A DNA stretch of 64,000 nt from a virus (taxonomy: Duplodnaviria; Caudoviricetes): IMG/VR virus record IMGVR_UViG_3300006173_000003, positions 9,439-73,438 of that record; one strand, given 5' to 3'. A program made the position numbers and the translations under genes. The notes below the pieces were generated by a model. It was not told the origin of the DNA and made no database searches. It was given only the letters and a program-made list of their open reading frames with translations. Each line of letters opens with the position of its first letter. The stretch's first letter is position 1. This document shows, piece after piece, positions 1 to 8,564 of the stretch.

Positions 1-41
1 AAGCCCATGATATCCTATTATCCAAATTTAAAAAATAAAAA

Positions 42-680
42 ATGAGAGAAATAAAATTCAAAGCTTGGTATGCGGGCAACGAGAAAGAAAACGGAGGATG
101 GATTCAGGGATTTAATATGGTAAACTTCCATTCCTACTACAACAAGGGGTCAGAGCCAAATATTTATCGTTATAGTAAAGAATGGAAGTTAAGTGAAATA
201 TCCCTCTGTCAATTTACTGGATTATACGATTGTACAAAATGGGAGGAGCTTTCTGAAAAGAACAGGAGTGTTGTAAAAAAAGAAGAGTGGAATGGGTTTC
301 CAATATATGAGGGGGATATTCTTAAAATTAGACGCCCATTCCGGTTAACACAAACGCATTATGGGAATAATATTCCCCAAGGAAGCTATACGGAACCTCT
401 CGAACCAGCCATAAAAGAGGAGTTCCTTTCTGTTTCATTCCACGGCGGTTGTTTCGTCATCGGAGATCCTTCACTAGGCGATTTACTTTGTTGGCAACTT
501 GGTTCCTATGATAAAGAATCTGCTATTGAATTGTTCCGGTCCGCTGAATGGGAGGGAGAAGATGGAGACTTAGCGTACCTGCTTGATAATTACAAGTTTG
601 ATTCAGAAAAAGAGCTATTAAACTCACTCGGAACTAGAGTTGTTGGAAATATCTATCAAACCCCAGAACTTTTAAAATAA
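42..680 (+). CDS. YopX-family phage protein
   Basis: MREIKFKAW start, QFTGLYD, IYEGDIL and terminal VVGNIY motifs typical of YopX. Confidence 0.85.
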   Translation: MREIKFKAWYAGNEKENGGWIQGFNMVNFHSYYNKGSEPNIYRYSKEWKLSEISLCQFTGLYDCTKWEELSEKNRSVVKKEEWNGFPIYEGDILKIRRPFRLTQTHYGNNIPQGSYTEPLEPAIKEEFLSVSFHGGCFVIGDPSLGDLLCWQLGSYDKESAIELFRSAEWEGEDGDLAYLLDNYKFDSEKELLNSLGTRVVGNIYQTPELLK

Positions 681-702
681 TACCAACCAGTATTAAAAAA
701 GA

Positions 703-735
703 TTTGGTAATAACATTTATCTAGTCGTATCTTAG
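703..735 (+). promoter_or_regulatory. Bacteroidota-type promoter for the replication operon
   Basis: TTTG at 703-706, 21-nt spacer, TATCTTAG at 728-735 (consensus TTTG-N19-21-TAnnTTTG, one mismatch). Confidence 0.55.
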
Positions 736-860
736 TCCTCATGTTTTTATTTAAAGCTCACTCATATGCAAAATCATAAGTTTACATAAGTATCATTCTG
801 TTTGTCTGGTCCGCAAAACAGAGGTCTAAATATTTTTTGGCGAAAGCTGAAATAAGAAGT

Positions 861-891
861 AGCCCCCGCGAGGACCAGTCGCGGGGCTTTT
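861..891 (+). terminator. Intrinsic terminator/attenuator hairpin in the initiator leader
   Basis: CCCCGCGA (864-871) pairs with TCGCGGGG (879-886), 7-nt loop GGACCAG, followed by TTTT. Confidence 0.7.
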
Positions 892-940
892 CTATTTTAT
901 ACCTGTCCTATGCTTTACTAACCCTGAATTGAATGAGAGA

Positions 941-1492
941 ATGGCAAAGGAATCTTTCTGGTTTAAACACGATTACAACGCTAGGAGCGATAAAGAATTG
1001 GTCAAAGTCCGAATGAGAATGGGGTTGGCTGGTATCGGATTATACTGGTGCATCGTTGAAATGTTATACGAAGAAGGTGGCTATCTATTACGAACCGAAT
1101 ACGAACGTATTTCGTTCGAATTACAAACGAAAAACGAATGTATTACGGAATTAATAGAATCGTACGCTCTATTCCAGTACGACGACAAACGGTTTTGGTC
1201 TACGTCTGTTCTTTCAAGATTAGCCACCAGAAAGGAAAAGAGCGAGAAAGCACGAGATTCAATCAATGCAAGATGGAGCAATACGAACGTATCAGTTTCG
1301 AATTACGACAACGATACTAAGAGAGGAGAAAAGAAGAGAAGAGAAAAGAGCAGGGGGGTTAGGTTTTCGGAAGACAGATTATCTGTAATTTTTGAAGATG
1401 GATCAAGCCAGAAATTAGGGCTAGGGCAACTTCAACGGATAAAAGAGGGAGAATATCAACCACATTACATCGAACAAGGAAAAATTGAATAG
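941..1492 (+). CDS. Replication initiator, DUF4373 (Lin1244/Lin1753-like) N-terminal domain
   Basis: FWFKHDYNARSD...GLAGIGLYWCIVEMLYE motif; ATG at 941 preferred over TTG at 929; directly upstream of helicase. Confidence 0.75.
   Translation: MAKESFWFKHDYNARSDKELVKVRMRMGLAGIGLYWCIVEMLYEEGGYLLRTEYERISFELQTKNECITELIESYALFQYDDKRFWSTSVLSRLATRKEKSEKARDSINARWSNTNVSVSNYDNDTKRGEKKRREKSRGVRFSEDRLSVIFEDGSSQKLGLGQLQRIKEGEYQPHYIEQGKIE
1098..1306 (+). repeat. Two 27-nt iteron-like direct repeats inside the initiator gene (candidate origin)
   Basis: AATACGAACGTAT-N4-TTCGAATTAC at 1098-1124 and 1280-1306, in different reading frames. Confidence 0.6.
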
Positions 1493-1494
1493 GT

Positions 1495-3378
1495 ATGTAC
1501 TACGACAAATTATACGATTTAGGTATAAAATTGACGCGACGGTCTGGAAACGAAAAGTGTTTTTGCCCCATTTGCCATGATGGAAGAAAGAATAAAAAAG
1601 ATCGATCACTTTCTGTAAATATCACTACCGGGGAATATAAGTGTCATAATCCAGGTTGTGATTTTAAGGGAAATGTGAGGGCTATGGAACGGAAAAGAAA
1701 CGAAAAAAAATACGAAAGGCCCCCACAAGATATTATCAAATCTATTCAACTTCAAGAAAAAGCTGAACGGTGGTTTGGTTCACGCGGAATTTCTAAAAAG
1801 ACGTTGGAGAAGTTTATGATTTTTAGCAGGGAAGAATATATGCCCCAAACGAGCAAAAAAGAACATTGCATTTGCTTTCCTTATTTTCGAGATGGAAGTC
1901 TCATAAATATAAAATTCAGAACAGGTGCCAAGCATTTTAAAATGGTCAAGGATGGAGAACTTATTCTATTCAATTTAAATACTATTGGAGATAAGAAGTT
2001 TTGCATTATTACAGAAGGTGAGATAGATTGCATGAGTTTGTATGAATCAGGTTTCGGTGCTGACCCAATACCGGATGAAACGACGGGAGAATTGACTAAC
2101 GAAAAATATAGCAAATGGTGCCAAGTTTCTGTCCCCAATGGCGCTGCAATCGGCAATCAAAAATTAGACTATCTGGATAATTGCGCCGAATGGCTAGTGA
2201 GTATTGAAGAGTTTGTTTTAGCCACGGATGGGGATGCAGCGGGCGAACAATTAAAAATGGAACTTATAAGACGTTTAGGTGTTGAAAGGTGCCGAGTTAT
2301 TTCTTATCCTATTGAAGAATGTGTTCCTCTCGACAATGGATTAAAGCGCCGATGTAAAGATATGAATGAAGTTTTAATGTATCTTGGTAAGGAAGTTGTT
2401 GTCAATGTTATAAATAATTCAGAATCCATACCTGTTGATGGCATTTACTATGTGGAAGATATATTCCCCTCGATGCTAGAGAATTTTAAAAACGGGATAC
2501 AGTTAGCCCCTAAGACATACTTTGGTGAAATGGATGATTTTTTTAGGTGGAAGAAGGGAGAAATAAACTTGATTGTGGGTCATGCAAATCATGGGAAAAC
2601 TACCTTAGTTCTTCAAATGATGCTTACAAAAAGCGTATATGATGATTGGAAATGGGCAATATTTAGCCCAGAAAATTATCCCGCCTCTGATTTTTACGAT
2701 GACCTGATTGAAATGTATATTGGTAAATGGTTAGATAAAATGACAGAGGATGAATACATAGAAGGTGCTATGTTTGTAGATAAACATATATTTTATGTTT
2801 ATCCAGACGATGGGCATGATATTCATTCCATCAATGAGAAGTTCAGATATCTTGTTCTAAAAAAAGGCATAGACGGAGTTTTGGTAGATCCGTTCAACCA
2901 GTTGGATCATGTTCAGAAACCATATCAGAGAGAGGATCAATATTTATCTGAAACACTTAAAGATGTAAAGCGGTTTGCTTTACTGAATGGAATATCTTAC
3001 AACATAGTTGCCCATCCTGTTAAGCAACAAAGGGATCAAGATAAGTCTATTCCTCCTGTAGATATGTATGACATAGCAGGAGGAGCAATGTGGGCCAACA
3101 AAACAGATAATATAATTTCATACTATAGGCCAAATCATCATACTAATAAAACAAGTCCAGAAGTTGTTGTTTATCTTCAGAAAGTAAAGAGGCGAAGGAC
3201 TGGAGGGAAGCCAGGGGAATTTAATATTAGAATGGATTGGGAAATAAAAAGATTTGTAGATCCTATAAGTAGAATACCCTTTTTAAACCCAAAGCGTATT
3301 GTTCAAACAGATGTGTCTAGGTCTGGTCGATTACCATATTTCGATGACACAAATCTTTTGGATGAGTTACCGTTTTAG
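1495..3378 (+). CDS. Primase-helicase (Twinkle/T7 gp4-like)
   Basis: N-terminal CPIC zinc finger, TOPRIM motifs TEGEID and LATDGD, Walker A GHANHGKTT, VDPFNQL, AHP motif. Confidence 0.9.
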   Translation: MYYDKLYDLGIKLTRRSGNEKCFCPICHDGRKNKKDRSLSVNITTGEYKCHNPGCDFKGNVRAMERKRNEKKYERPPQDIIKSIQLQEKAERWFGSRGISKKTLEKFMIFSREEYMPQTSKKEHCICFPYFRDGSLINIKFRTGAKHFKMVKDGELILFNLNTIGDKKFCIITEGEIDCMSLYESGFGADPIPDETTGELTNEKYSKWCQVSVPNGAAIGNQKLDYLDNCAEWLVSIEEFVLATDGDAAGEQLKMELIRRLGVERCRVISYPIEECVPLDNGLKRRCKDMNEVLMYLGKEVVVNVINNSESIPVDGIYYVEDIFPSMLENFKNGIQLAPKTYFGEMDDFFRWKKGEINLIVGHANHGKTTLVLQMMLTKSVYDDWKWAIFSPENYPASDFYDDLIEMYIGKWLDKMTEDEYIEGAMFVDKHIFYVYPDDGHDIHSINEKFRYLVLKKGIDGVLVDPFNQLDHVQKPYQREDQYLSETLKDVKRFALLNGISYNIVAHPVKQQRDQDKSIPPVDMYDIAGGAMWANKTDNIISYYRPNHHTNKTSPEVVVYLQKVKRRRTGGKPGEFNIRMDWEIKRFVDPISRIPFLNPKRIVQTDVSRSGRLPYFDDTNLLDELPF

Positions 3379-3402
3379 TAAAAATTAAAATTAGAACAGA
3401 TT

Positions 3403-3747
3403 ATGACTAAGGGAAAAAAAGAAAAGAAGCCAGCCGAATTATATTGGCAGAAGTTTATTGAAACTTACTTTGAATTTACAAAGTCTAAGTTTTCGGAATT
3501 GCCATCATTTGATGGAAGCGCACCCAGAGACCTTCGAACGATAGTTCAGGCTCTTCGTAAACGTGCGGAAGATGCTGGAGTTGAATGGACAGAAGAAGTA
3601 GCATTATCAAGATTTAAGACGTTCTTGGAATTCTCATTTTCCGATTGGTGGCTGAGTGAAAATTGGATGTTACAGAATATCAACCGACAAAAAGATAAAA
3701 TATTTTTTAAGGCAGCTAAGAATAAGAACAATAATGAGATGCAATAA
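3403..3747 (+). CDS. Hypothetical protein (replication region)
   Basis: Clean 114-aa ORF packed between helicase and next gene. Confidence 0.6.
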   Translation: MTKGKKEKKPAELYWQKFIETYFEFTKSKFSELPSFDGSAPRDLRTIVQALRKRAEDAGVEWTEEVALSRFKTFLEFSFSDWWLSENWMLQNINRQKDKIFFKAAKNKNNNEMQ

Positions 3748-4042
3748 TTGTTTTGACGAAAGCGTTTTGGTCTTTCCTGTAATTCCAGGTAAATATTTTT
3801 CATGTCCTAATTGCAGTGTAACGTATGCTAAAGATAGGACGGGAATAGCTTTCATTTTAGATGAAGAAGTATATTTGAGGCCCTTATATTCTGCCGCGGA
3901 AGGGAGATTGTTTGTGATAAAGGGTATTTACATAATGGAAGAATGTGAGTCCGGAAGGATGATACATGTCTTCGACAAAATAACTGGTAAGCCTTTCAAA
4001 TCAGTATTAGATACAAATTGGTTAATAAAAATTAAAAAGTAA
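3734..4042 (+). CDS. Zinc-ribbon hypothetical protein
   Basis: ATG at 3734 gives MRCNNC...CPNC (two CxxC). Confidence 0.55.
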   Translation: MRCNNCFDESVLVFPVIPGKYFSCPNCSVTYAKDRTGIAFILDEEVYLRPLYSAAEGRLFVIKGIYIMEECESGRMIHVFDKITGKPFKSVLDTNWLIKIKK

Positions 4043-4045
4043 ATT

Positions 4046-4405
4046 ATGAATCAGCTTTTTTTCGGTAGTATTTGCCTTACAGACTTAATCGAGTTAGCAA
4101 AGAAAAAACACTCTGCTTTTACCAAAGGGAATAACGGGAAAATTTACGCTTCGGTGAACGTATGGCTTAATGACAAGACGGATAAGTTTGGGAACATTAT
4201 GTCCGTACAAGTGAATCCGACAAAAGAAATGAAGGACTTAGAAGACAGGGTTTATATTGGTAACCTTAAGCAGTCGGATGGACCCAAGCCAATATCAGAT
4301 AAAGATGCCAATGACTTGGACGTAGACATAGACGCTCCTACGTATCAAAAACCACCTACGGATAGTGCTAATATTTCCGAACCAATTGATGATTTACCCT
4401 TTTAA
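4046..4405 (+). CDS. Single-stranded DNA-binding protein (Bacteroidota phage type)
   Basis: OB-fold-like N-terminus (GKIYASVNVWLNDKTDKFGN) with acidic tail ending DDLPF. Confidence 0.65.
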   Translation: MNQLFFGSICLTDLIELAKKKHSAFTKGNNGKIYASVNVWLNDKTDKFGNIMSVQVNPTKEMKDLEDRVYIGNLKQSDGPKPISDKDANDLDVDIDAPTYQKPPTDSANISEPIDDLPF

Positions 4406-4415
4406 AATATTCAAT

Positions 4416-4784
4416 ATGGGAAAATATCTAACAGTTGAAGAGAGGTTGAAAGTCCTCGAACTAAAAAAACAAGGGATGCAGCAAAAGAACATTGCCAAGG
4501 TAATAGGCCGGTCTCCATCTGCCGTATCTTACCTTATCAACAAAGGAGAATATTCTGTACTAAGAATGAAAGTAGATGCAGAAGTACCTCAAAAGACAAA
4601 GGACGCGGAACGACCTCCGGAGAAAGACCTGTCTTCTTTACCAGATACCGTTCTTTTCAAACACGTAAACTGGGCTATACCCATACTTATAGTCATTGTT
4701 ATTGGGGTGTCTTCATGTGCTTCAAAGAGAAAAATTCAACATGATCCACATCCAATTTTAAATATGAAAGGAAGGGTACTATGA
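4416..4784 (+). CDS. HTH DNA-binding protein with C-terminal hydrophobic segment
   Basis: LTVEERLKVLELKKQGMQQKNIAKVIGRSPSAVSYLI HTH; WAIPILIVIVIGVSSC hydrophobic stretch. Confidence 0.6.
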   Translation: MGKYLTVEERLKVLELKKQGMQQKNIAKVIGRSPSAVSYLINKGEYSVLRMKVDAEVPQKTKDAERPPEKDLSSLPDTVLFKHVNWAIPILIVIVIGVSSCASKRKIQHDPHPILNMKGRVL

Positions 4785-4954
4785 AGCTAATTATAGTTGG
4801 AGTTATATTTTTCTATTCCTGCTGTCCTTCCAGAGATCCGAAAACTGGAAAATTTTGGACAAGTGAGCATGTATGGAAGAGAATGGTAGCCAGAAACTTT
4901 AACCACTGTAAAATTTACTATGACCGATTTGATAACCCAATACCTTACAAGTAA
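4781..4954 (+). CDS. Small lipoprotein-like protein (57 aa, absent from ORF track)
   Basis: MKLIIVGVIFFYSCC; start and stop overlap both neighbours. Confidence 0.5.
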   Translation: MKLIIVGVIFFYSCCPSRDPKTGKFWTSEHVWKRMVARNFNHCKIYYDRFDNPIPYK

Positions 4955-5598
4955 TGTGGACTAATTTCTTTTCTCGGATAGTTTTGATAAATCTTCGCAG
5001 CAGGCCGGATAGACTTATAGAAAGTTCATTGGAATTAAAACGGCACAAGATACCATTTGAAGTGGTCAATGGCATAAAGAACGAAAACGGGCAGCAAGGA
5101 ATATCAGATACGTTGAGGGGGCTATTCCGGAACTCCCTTGATGCCGGACATCGTAATTTATTGGTATTCGAGGATGATGTCCAAATGGTAGTAGAACCAG
5201 AGGAATTTGAACGAGTAATGGATTTGGCCTTAATTGAACTTCCATATAACTATGATATGCTGTACCTGGGGGCTAATTTACCTAACCCCAGAAGAGTATC
5301 CGAATATTCCGCCCATTTGCTGAGAACAATTCGTGCTCTTGCTCTTCATGCTGTAGCCTATAGTCGCCGTGGAATGGAAGAAATACTTTCACTGGAACCA
5401 CGGTTGCCTATTGACCTCCAAATAGCTGAGGAGATCAACACGGCAGGAGGTTCATTCGTAACCTATCCCCTACTTTGTACTCAGAAAGAATCGTTCTCAG
5501 ATATCGAAAAGAGACCTACAAACTATGCCTGCTTCATTGAAGACCGATACAAGGAAGTAGAAAAATATTTGGGATTATCTAAAAGTTCCTTACCTTAG
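4954..5598 (+). CDS. Glycosyltransferase family 25-like
   Basis: INLRSRPDR, LLVFEDDV, YDMLYLG motifs. Confidence 0.8.
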   Translation: MWTNFFSRIVLINLRSRPDRLIESSLELKRHKIPFEVVNGIKNENGQQGISDTLRGLFRNSLDAGHRNLLVFEDDVQMVVEPEEFERVMDLALIELPYNYDMLYLGANLPNPRRVSEYSAHLLRTIRALALHAVAYSRRGMEEILSLEPRLPIDLQIAEEINTAGGSFVTYPLLCTQKESFSDIEKRPTNYACFIEDRYKEVEKYLGLSKSSLP

Positions 5599-5602
5599 CA
5601 CT

Positions 5603-5728
5603 GCTTCAGAAAACCTCAATGTAACAAATTTATCATTTTTCTTTTTTAAGATAGAGAGTTACCGCAGGTTGAATTCTTGATGTTTTACGACGTTAGGTTT
5701 TCTGAAGCCCCTGCGGTAACTCTTTTTT
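5603..5728. promoter_or_regulatory. Interleaved double inverted-repeat switch (A-B-A'-B'-U tract) with an internal reverse promoter
   Basis: A GCTTCAGAAAACCT 5603-5616 / A' 5695-5708; B AGAGTTACCGCAGG 5655-5668 / B' 5710-5723; T-run follows; TAAATTTG on minus strand at 5632-5625. Confidence 0.65.
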
Positions 5729-5732
5729 ATTT

Positions 5733-6425
5733 ATGAAACTATCTCTCGCCATAACTAACTTCAATAGGTATGATCTGCTGCTTAAATCCTTTGAGCAAAT
5801 GGTGGATGATTCTAGGATTTCAGAAATAATAATTTACGACGATGCGAGTGACTGGGATGTTCAGGAGTCCCTAAGAGAATTAGTGAAGGGATTCCCCGAC
5901 AAAGTAAAACTTTTCCTTGGAGTAAAAAATGTCGGCATGAGCCGAGCAAAAAGAAACGCCATTTCGTTATGCGAAAATGAATTTGCGATTATCCTAGACT
6001 CAGACAACGTTATATCCCCGTCATATATCGATGCACTGGAAGGATTCTTCTGGGACGACGGAACGATTATGATGCCGGAGATGGCGGCTCCTAATTTTGA
6101 CTATCGGGCGTTCTCTGGCGTAACATTCGATTCAAGCAACGTGAACGAGTATTTGGATAGGCCGCTATTCGAAGCCCTACTAAATACGTCGAATTATGTA
6201 GTTCCTGTTTTGGAATATTTGAAAGTCTATCAGGAAGACAAAACAGTAAAAGAAACAGACACAGTTCACTTCGCATACCATTGGCTGAGAAATGGATACC
6301 AGTTTAAGGTAATTGAAGGACTCCGGTATGATCATCTTGTACATCCTGATAGCGGCTGGTTAAAGAACGCTTCATACAACTCAGCAAGAGGAAAACAAAC
6401 TATTGAACAAATACGGGCGCTATGA
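5733..6425 (+). CDS. Glycosyltransferase family 2 (GT-A fold)
   Basis: LAITNFNR, EIIIYDDAS, NVGMSRAKRNAI, ILDSDN (DxD) motifs. Confidence 0.85.
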   Translation: MKLSLAITNFNRYDLLLKSFEQMVDDSRISEIIIYDDASDWDVQESLRELVKGFPDKVKLFLGVKNVGMSRAKRNAISLCENEFAIILDSDNVISPSYIDALEGFFWDDGTIMMPEMAAPNFDYRAFSGVTFDSSNVNEYLDRPLFEALLNTSNYVVPVLEYLKVYQEDKTVKETDTVHFAYHWLRNGYQFKVIEGLRYDHLVHPDSGWLKNASYNSARGKQTIEQIRAL

Positions 6426-7174
6426 TCTACAACAGGCTCCTTGGCGGATTAGGCAATCAACTTTTCCAACACGCATGCGCGATTGGATTGAGTAAAAAAT
6501 GGGGTATGGATTACTGCGCACCTTCGGAGTCTATTAATCCAAACGTGTGGCCCGCATATAAGCTCCCCGGATTGAACTACTGTAAGGAGGGTGTCGTTAC
6601 TGCTGTATTTTATAAAGAACCTACCCATGCCTTTCACGAAATACCCTTTCACCCAAATATTATCCTTGAAGGATATTGGCAGTCGTACAAGAGGTTCGAC
6701 TTCTGTAGAGAAGAGGTTATGAAGGCTTTTGGATTCGATGACCTCGATTGCAACTACGGGACCGTAGGGTTGCAAATAAGAAGGGGAGACTATTTAAAGT
6801 TTCCTCTACATCACCCCGTTGTTACGTTGGAATATATTCGAATGGCAGCAGAGAAGATAAAAGGGGATTACGAATTTTTGGTCTTTACTGACGACGAAGA
6901 ATGGGCGAAAGAGAACATTACTTCTGAGTTGCTGGGGGATAGGTATTTTGAAATAATCGAAAAGGGAGATGCGCTGAATGATTTGACGTATCTGGCAATG
7001 TGCGAGAAGCATATAATTTCAAACTCCACGTACGGATGGTGGGGCGCGTGGTTAAGCAATAGCACGAATAAGCAAGTTGTAACCCCATCAGAGGATAATT
7101 GGTTTGGAGAAAGGAATAAGCATCTATCCGTGGCTGATCTTTTATTGCCTGAATGGGAACGAATAAAATTTTAA
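6422..7174 (+). CDS. Alpha-1,2-fucosyltransferase-like, GT11
   Basis: GGLGNQLFQ, QIRRGDY, VFTDD, ISNSTYGWWGAWL GT11 motifs. Confidence 0.9.
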   Translation: MIYNRLLGGLGNQLFQHACAIGLSKKWGMDYCAPSESINPNVWPAYKLPGLNYCKEGVVTAVFYKEPTHAFHEIPFHPNIILEGYWQSYKRFDFCREEVMKAFGFDDLDCNYGTVGLQIRRGDYLKFPLHHPVVTLEYIRMAAEKIKGDYEFLVFTDDEEWAKENITSELLGDRYFEIIEKGDALNDLTYLAMCEKHIISNSTYGWWGAWLSNSTNKQVVTPSEDNWFGERNKHLSVADLLLPEWERIKF

Positions 7175-7176
7175 TC

Positions 7177-7398
7177 ATGCCGATAACAGAAGTGGAATGG
7201 AGGAAATATTCCGAAAAGCAATATCCTCTTGGGAAGATTTCACAAAAAAGGAAAATTGTTAGGTGTAGTAAGCCGGATACGGCTTGGTACAAGGATATGA
7301 TTGGTCAGGTGGTTGACGTTCATTATTTCGTTACATTCGGAGCGTGGACAACGGACGGAAAATATATTGATTACTATGATTTATCAAATCCATTGTAA
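7177..7398 (+). CDS. Hypothetical protein
   Basis: 73-aa ORF filling the gap inside the GT cluster. Confidence 0.5.
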   Translation: MPITEVEWRKYSEKQYPLGKISQKRKIVRCSKPDTAWYKDMIGQVVDVHYFVTFGAWTTDGKYIDYYDLSNPL

Positions 7399-7941
7399 AT
7401 GACACTTCAACAACTAGCGGATAAGTACGGGAGCGACAAAAGTGGAACTAATGGTCACGGGTACATACAGTACTATGAAAAACACCTTCCGGCTGAATGC
7501 GACTCTCTGCTTGAAATTGGAATACTTAGAGGCGGAAGCATGAGGATGTGGAAGGAGTATCTGCCAAACACCCGGCTGTATGGCGCTGACCTGTTCATTG
7601 AACATCCAGAGCCAAAGATAGAAGGAGTAGAATGGTTTAAAGCTAATCAACTTGATCATGAGTTCCTTTACCACGTAAGGAACGACGTAAAGCCACAGGT
7701 GATTATTGAAGATTGCTCTCATAACTGCCGGGATCAAATCGTGACATTTTTTTCTTTGATAGGGTCGTGCGAACTATATGTACTCGAAGATGCCCACACG
7801 GCAGCGGAAGAGTTTTACAGGCAAGGATTGCCATTCGAAGCAACAATGCTGGGCATGATGAAGTCCGGAAGCTTCCCGTTCGAATTTGACCTTTATGATG
7901 ATAAAATTGCGTTCATAAAAAATAAAGTAAAATGCTCTTAA
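7399..7941 (+). CDS. SAM-dependent methyltransferase (sugar O-methyltransferase-like, MycE/TylE-type motifs)
   Basis: YGSDK...HGY..YYE, LLEIGILRGGS, WKEYLP, IIEDCSH. Confidence 0.7.
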   Translation: MTLQQLADKYGSDKSGTNGHGYIQYYEKHLPAECDSLLEIGILRGGSMRMWKEYLPNTRLYGADLFIEHPEPKIEGVEWFKANQLDHEFLYHVRNDVKPQVIIEDCSHNCRDQIVTFFSLIGSCELYVLEDAHTAAEEFYRQGLPFEATMLGMMKSGSFPFEFDLYDDKIAFIKNKVKCS

Positions 7942-8564
7942 ACTTCACTGAAATATTAAAAAAGTATCAAATTAAACCAAAGGCTGTTATTGTTGTAGGC
8001 GGACATTGGGGGGAAGAACACAACGACTACTTGTCCAATGGAATTAGCCGGATGGTATACATTGAACCATGCGCCAAGGCGTTTGCAGAATTGAAGCGCC
8101 GATTTCAGTTTGCCAGTAACGTGAAGTTGTTCAACCTTGCCTGCGGAGATGAAACTGGGCAATCGATTATGTACACCGGAGACAATACTGTCAATCATGG
8201 GCAGAGCAATAGCTTGCTTAAACCGGCCAAACACAAAGAAATTCACCCAACGGTTTTGTTCACAGATGAAGAAACCGTTGATGTTGATCTGCTGGACAAC
8301 TTGGGATTGGCCAACAAGGGGTATGATTTATTGGTGATGGACGCTCAGGGATATGAAGGGTATGTACTACGAGGTGGCAAGGAAACATTGAAACAAATAA
8401 ACTGGGTCTATTCCGAGATCAATTTTGACAGCGTGTACGAAAATTGCACACAAGCCGAAGAATTGGACGCCTTATTGTCTGACTTTGAAAGGGTAGAAAC
8501 AGGAACAAAGGTCGGCGGCATGTGGTCGGATGCTTTTTATATTCGCAAATCCCTGCTTAAATGA
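7932..8564 (+). CDS. FkbM-family methyltransferase
   Basis: YIEP, LFNLACG, LLVMDAQGYEGYVLRGG, VYSEIN motifs. Confidence 0.85.
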   Translation: MLLNFTEILKKYQIKPKAVIVVGGHWGEEHNDYLSNGISRMVYIEPCAKAFAELKRRFQFASNVKLFNLACGDETGQSIMYTGDNTVNHGQSNSLLKPAKHKEIHPTVLFTDEETVDVDLLDNLGLANKGYDLLVMDAQGYEGYVLRGGKETLKQINWVYSEINFDSVYENCTQAEELDALLSDFERVETGTKVGGMWSDAFYIRKSLLK

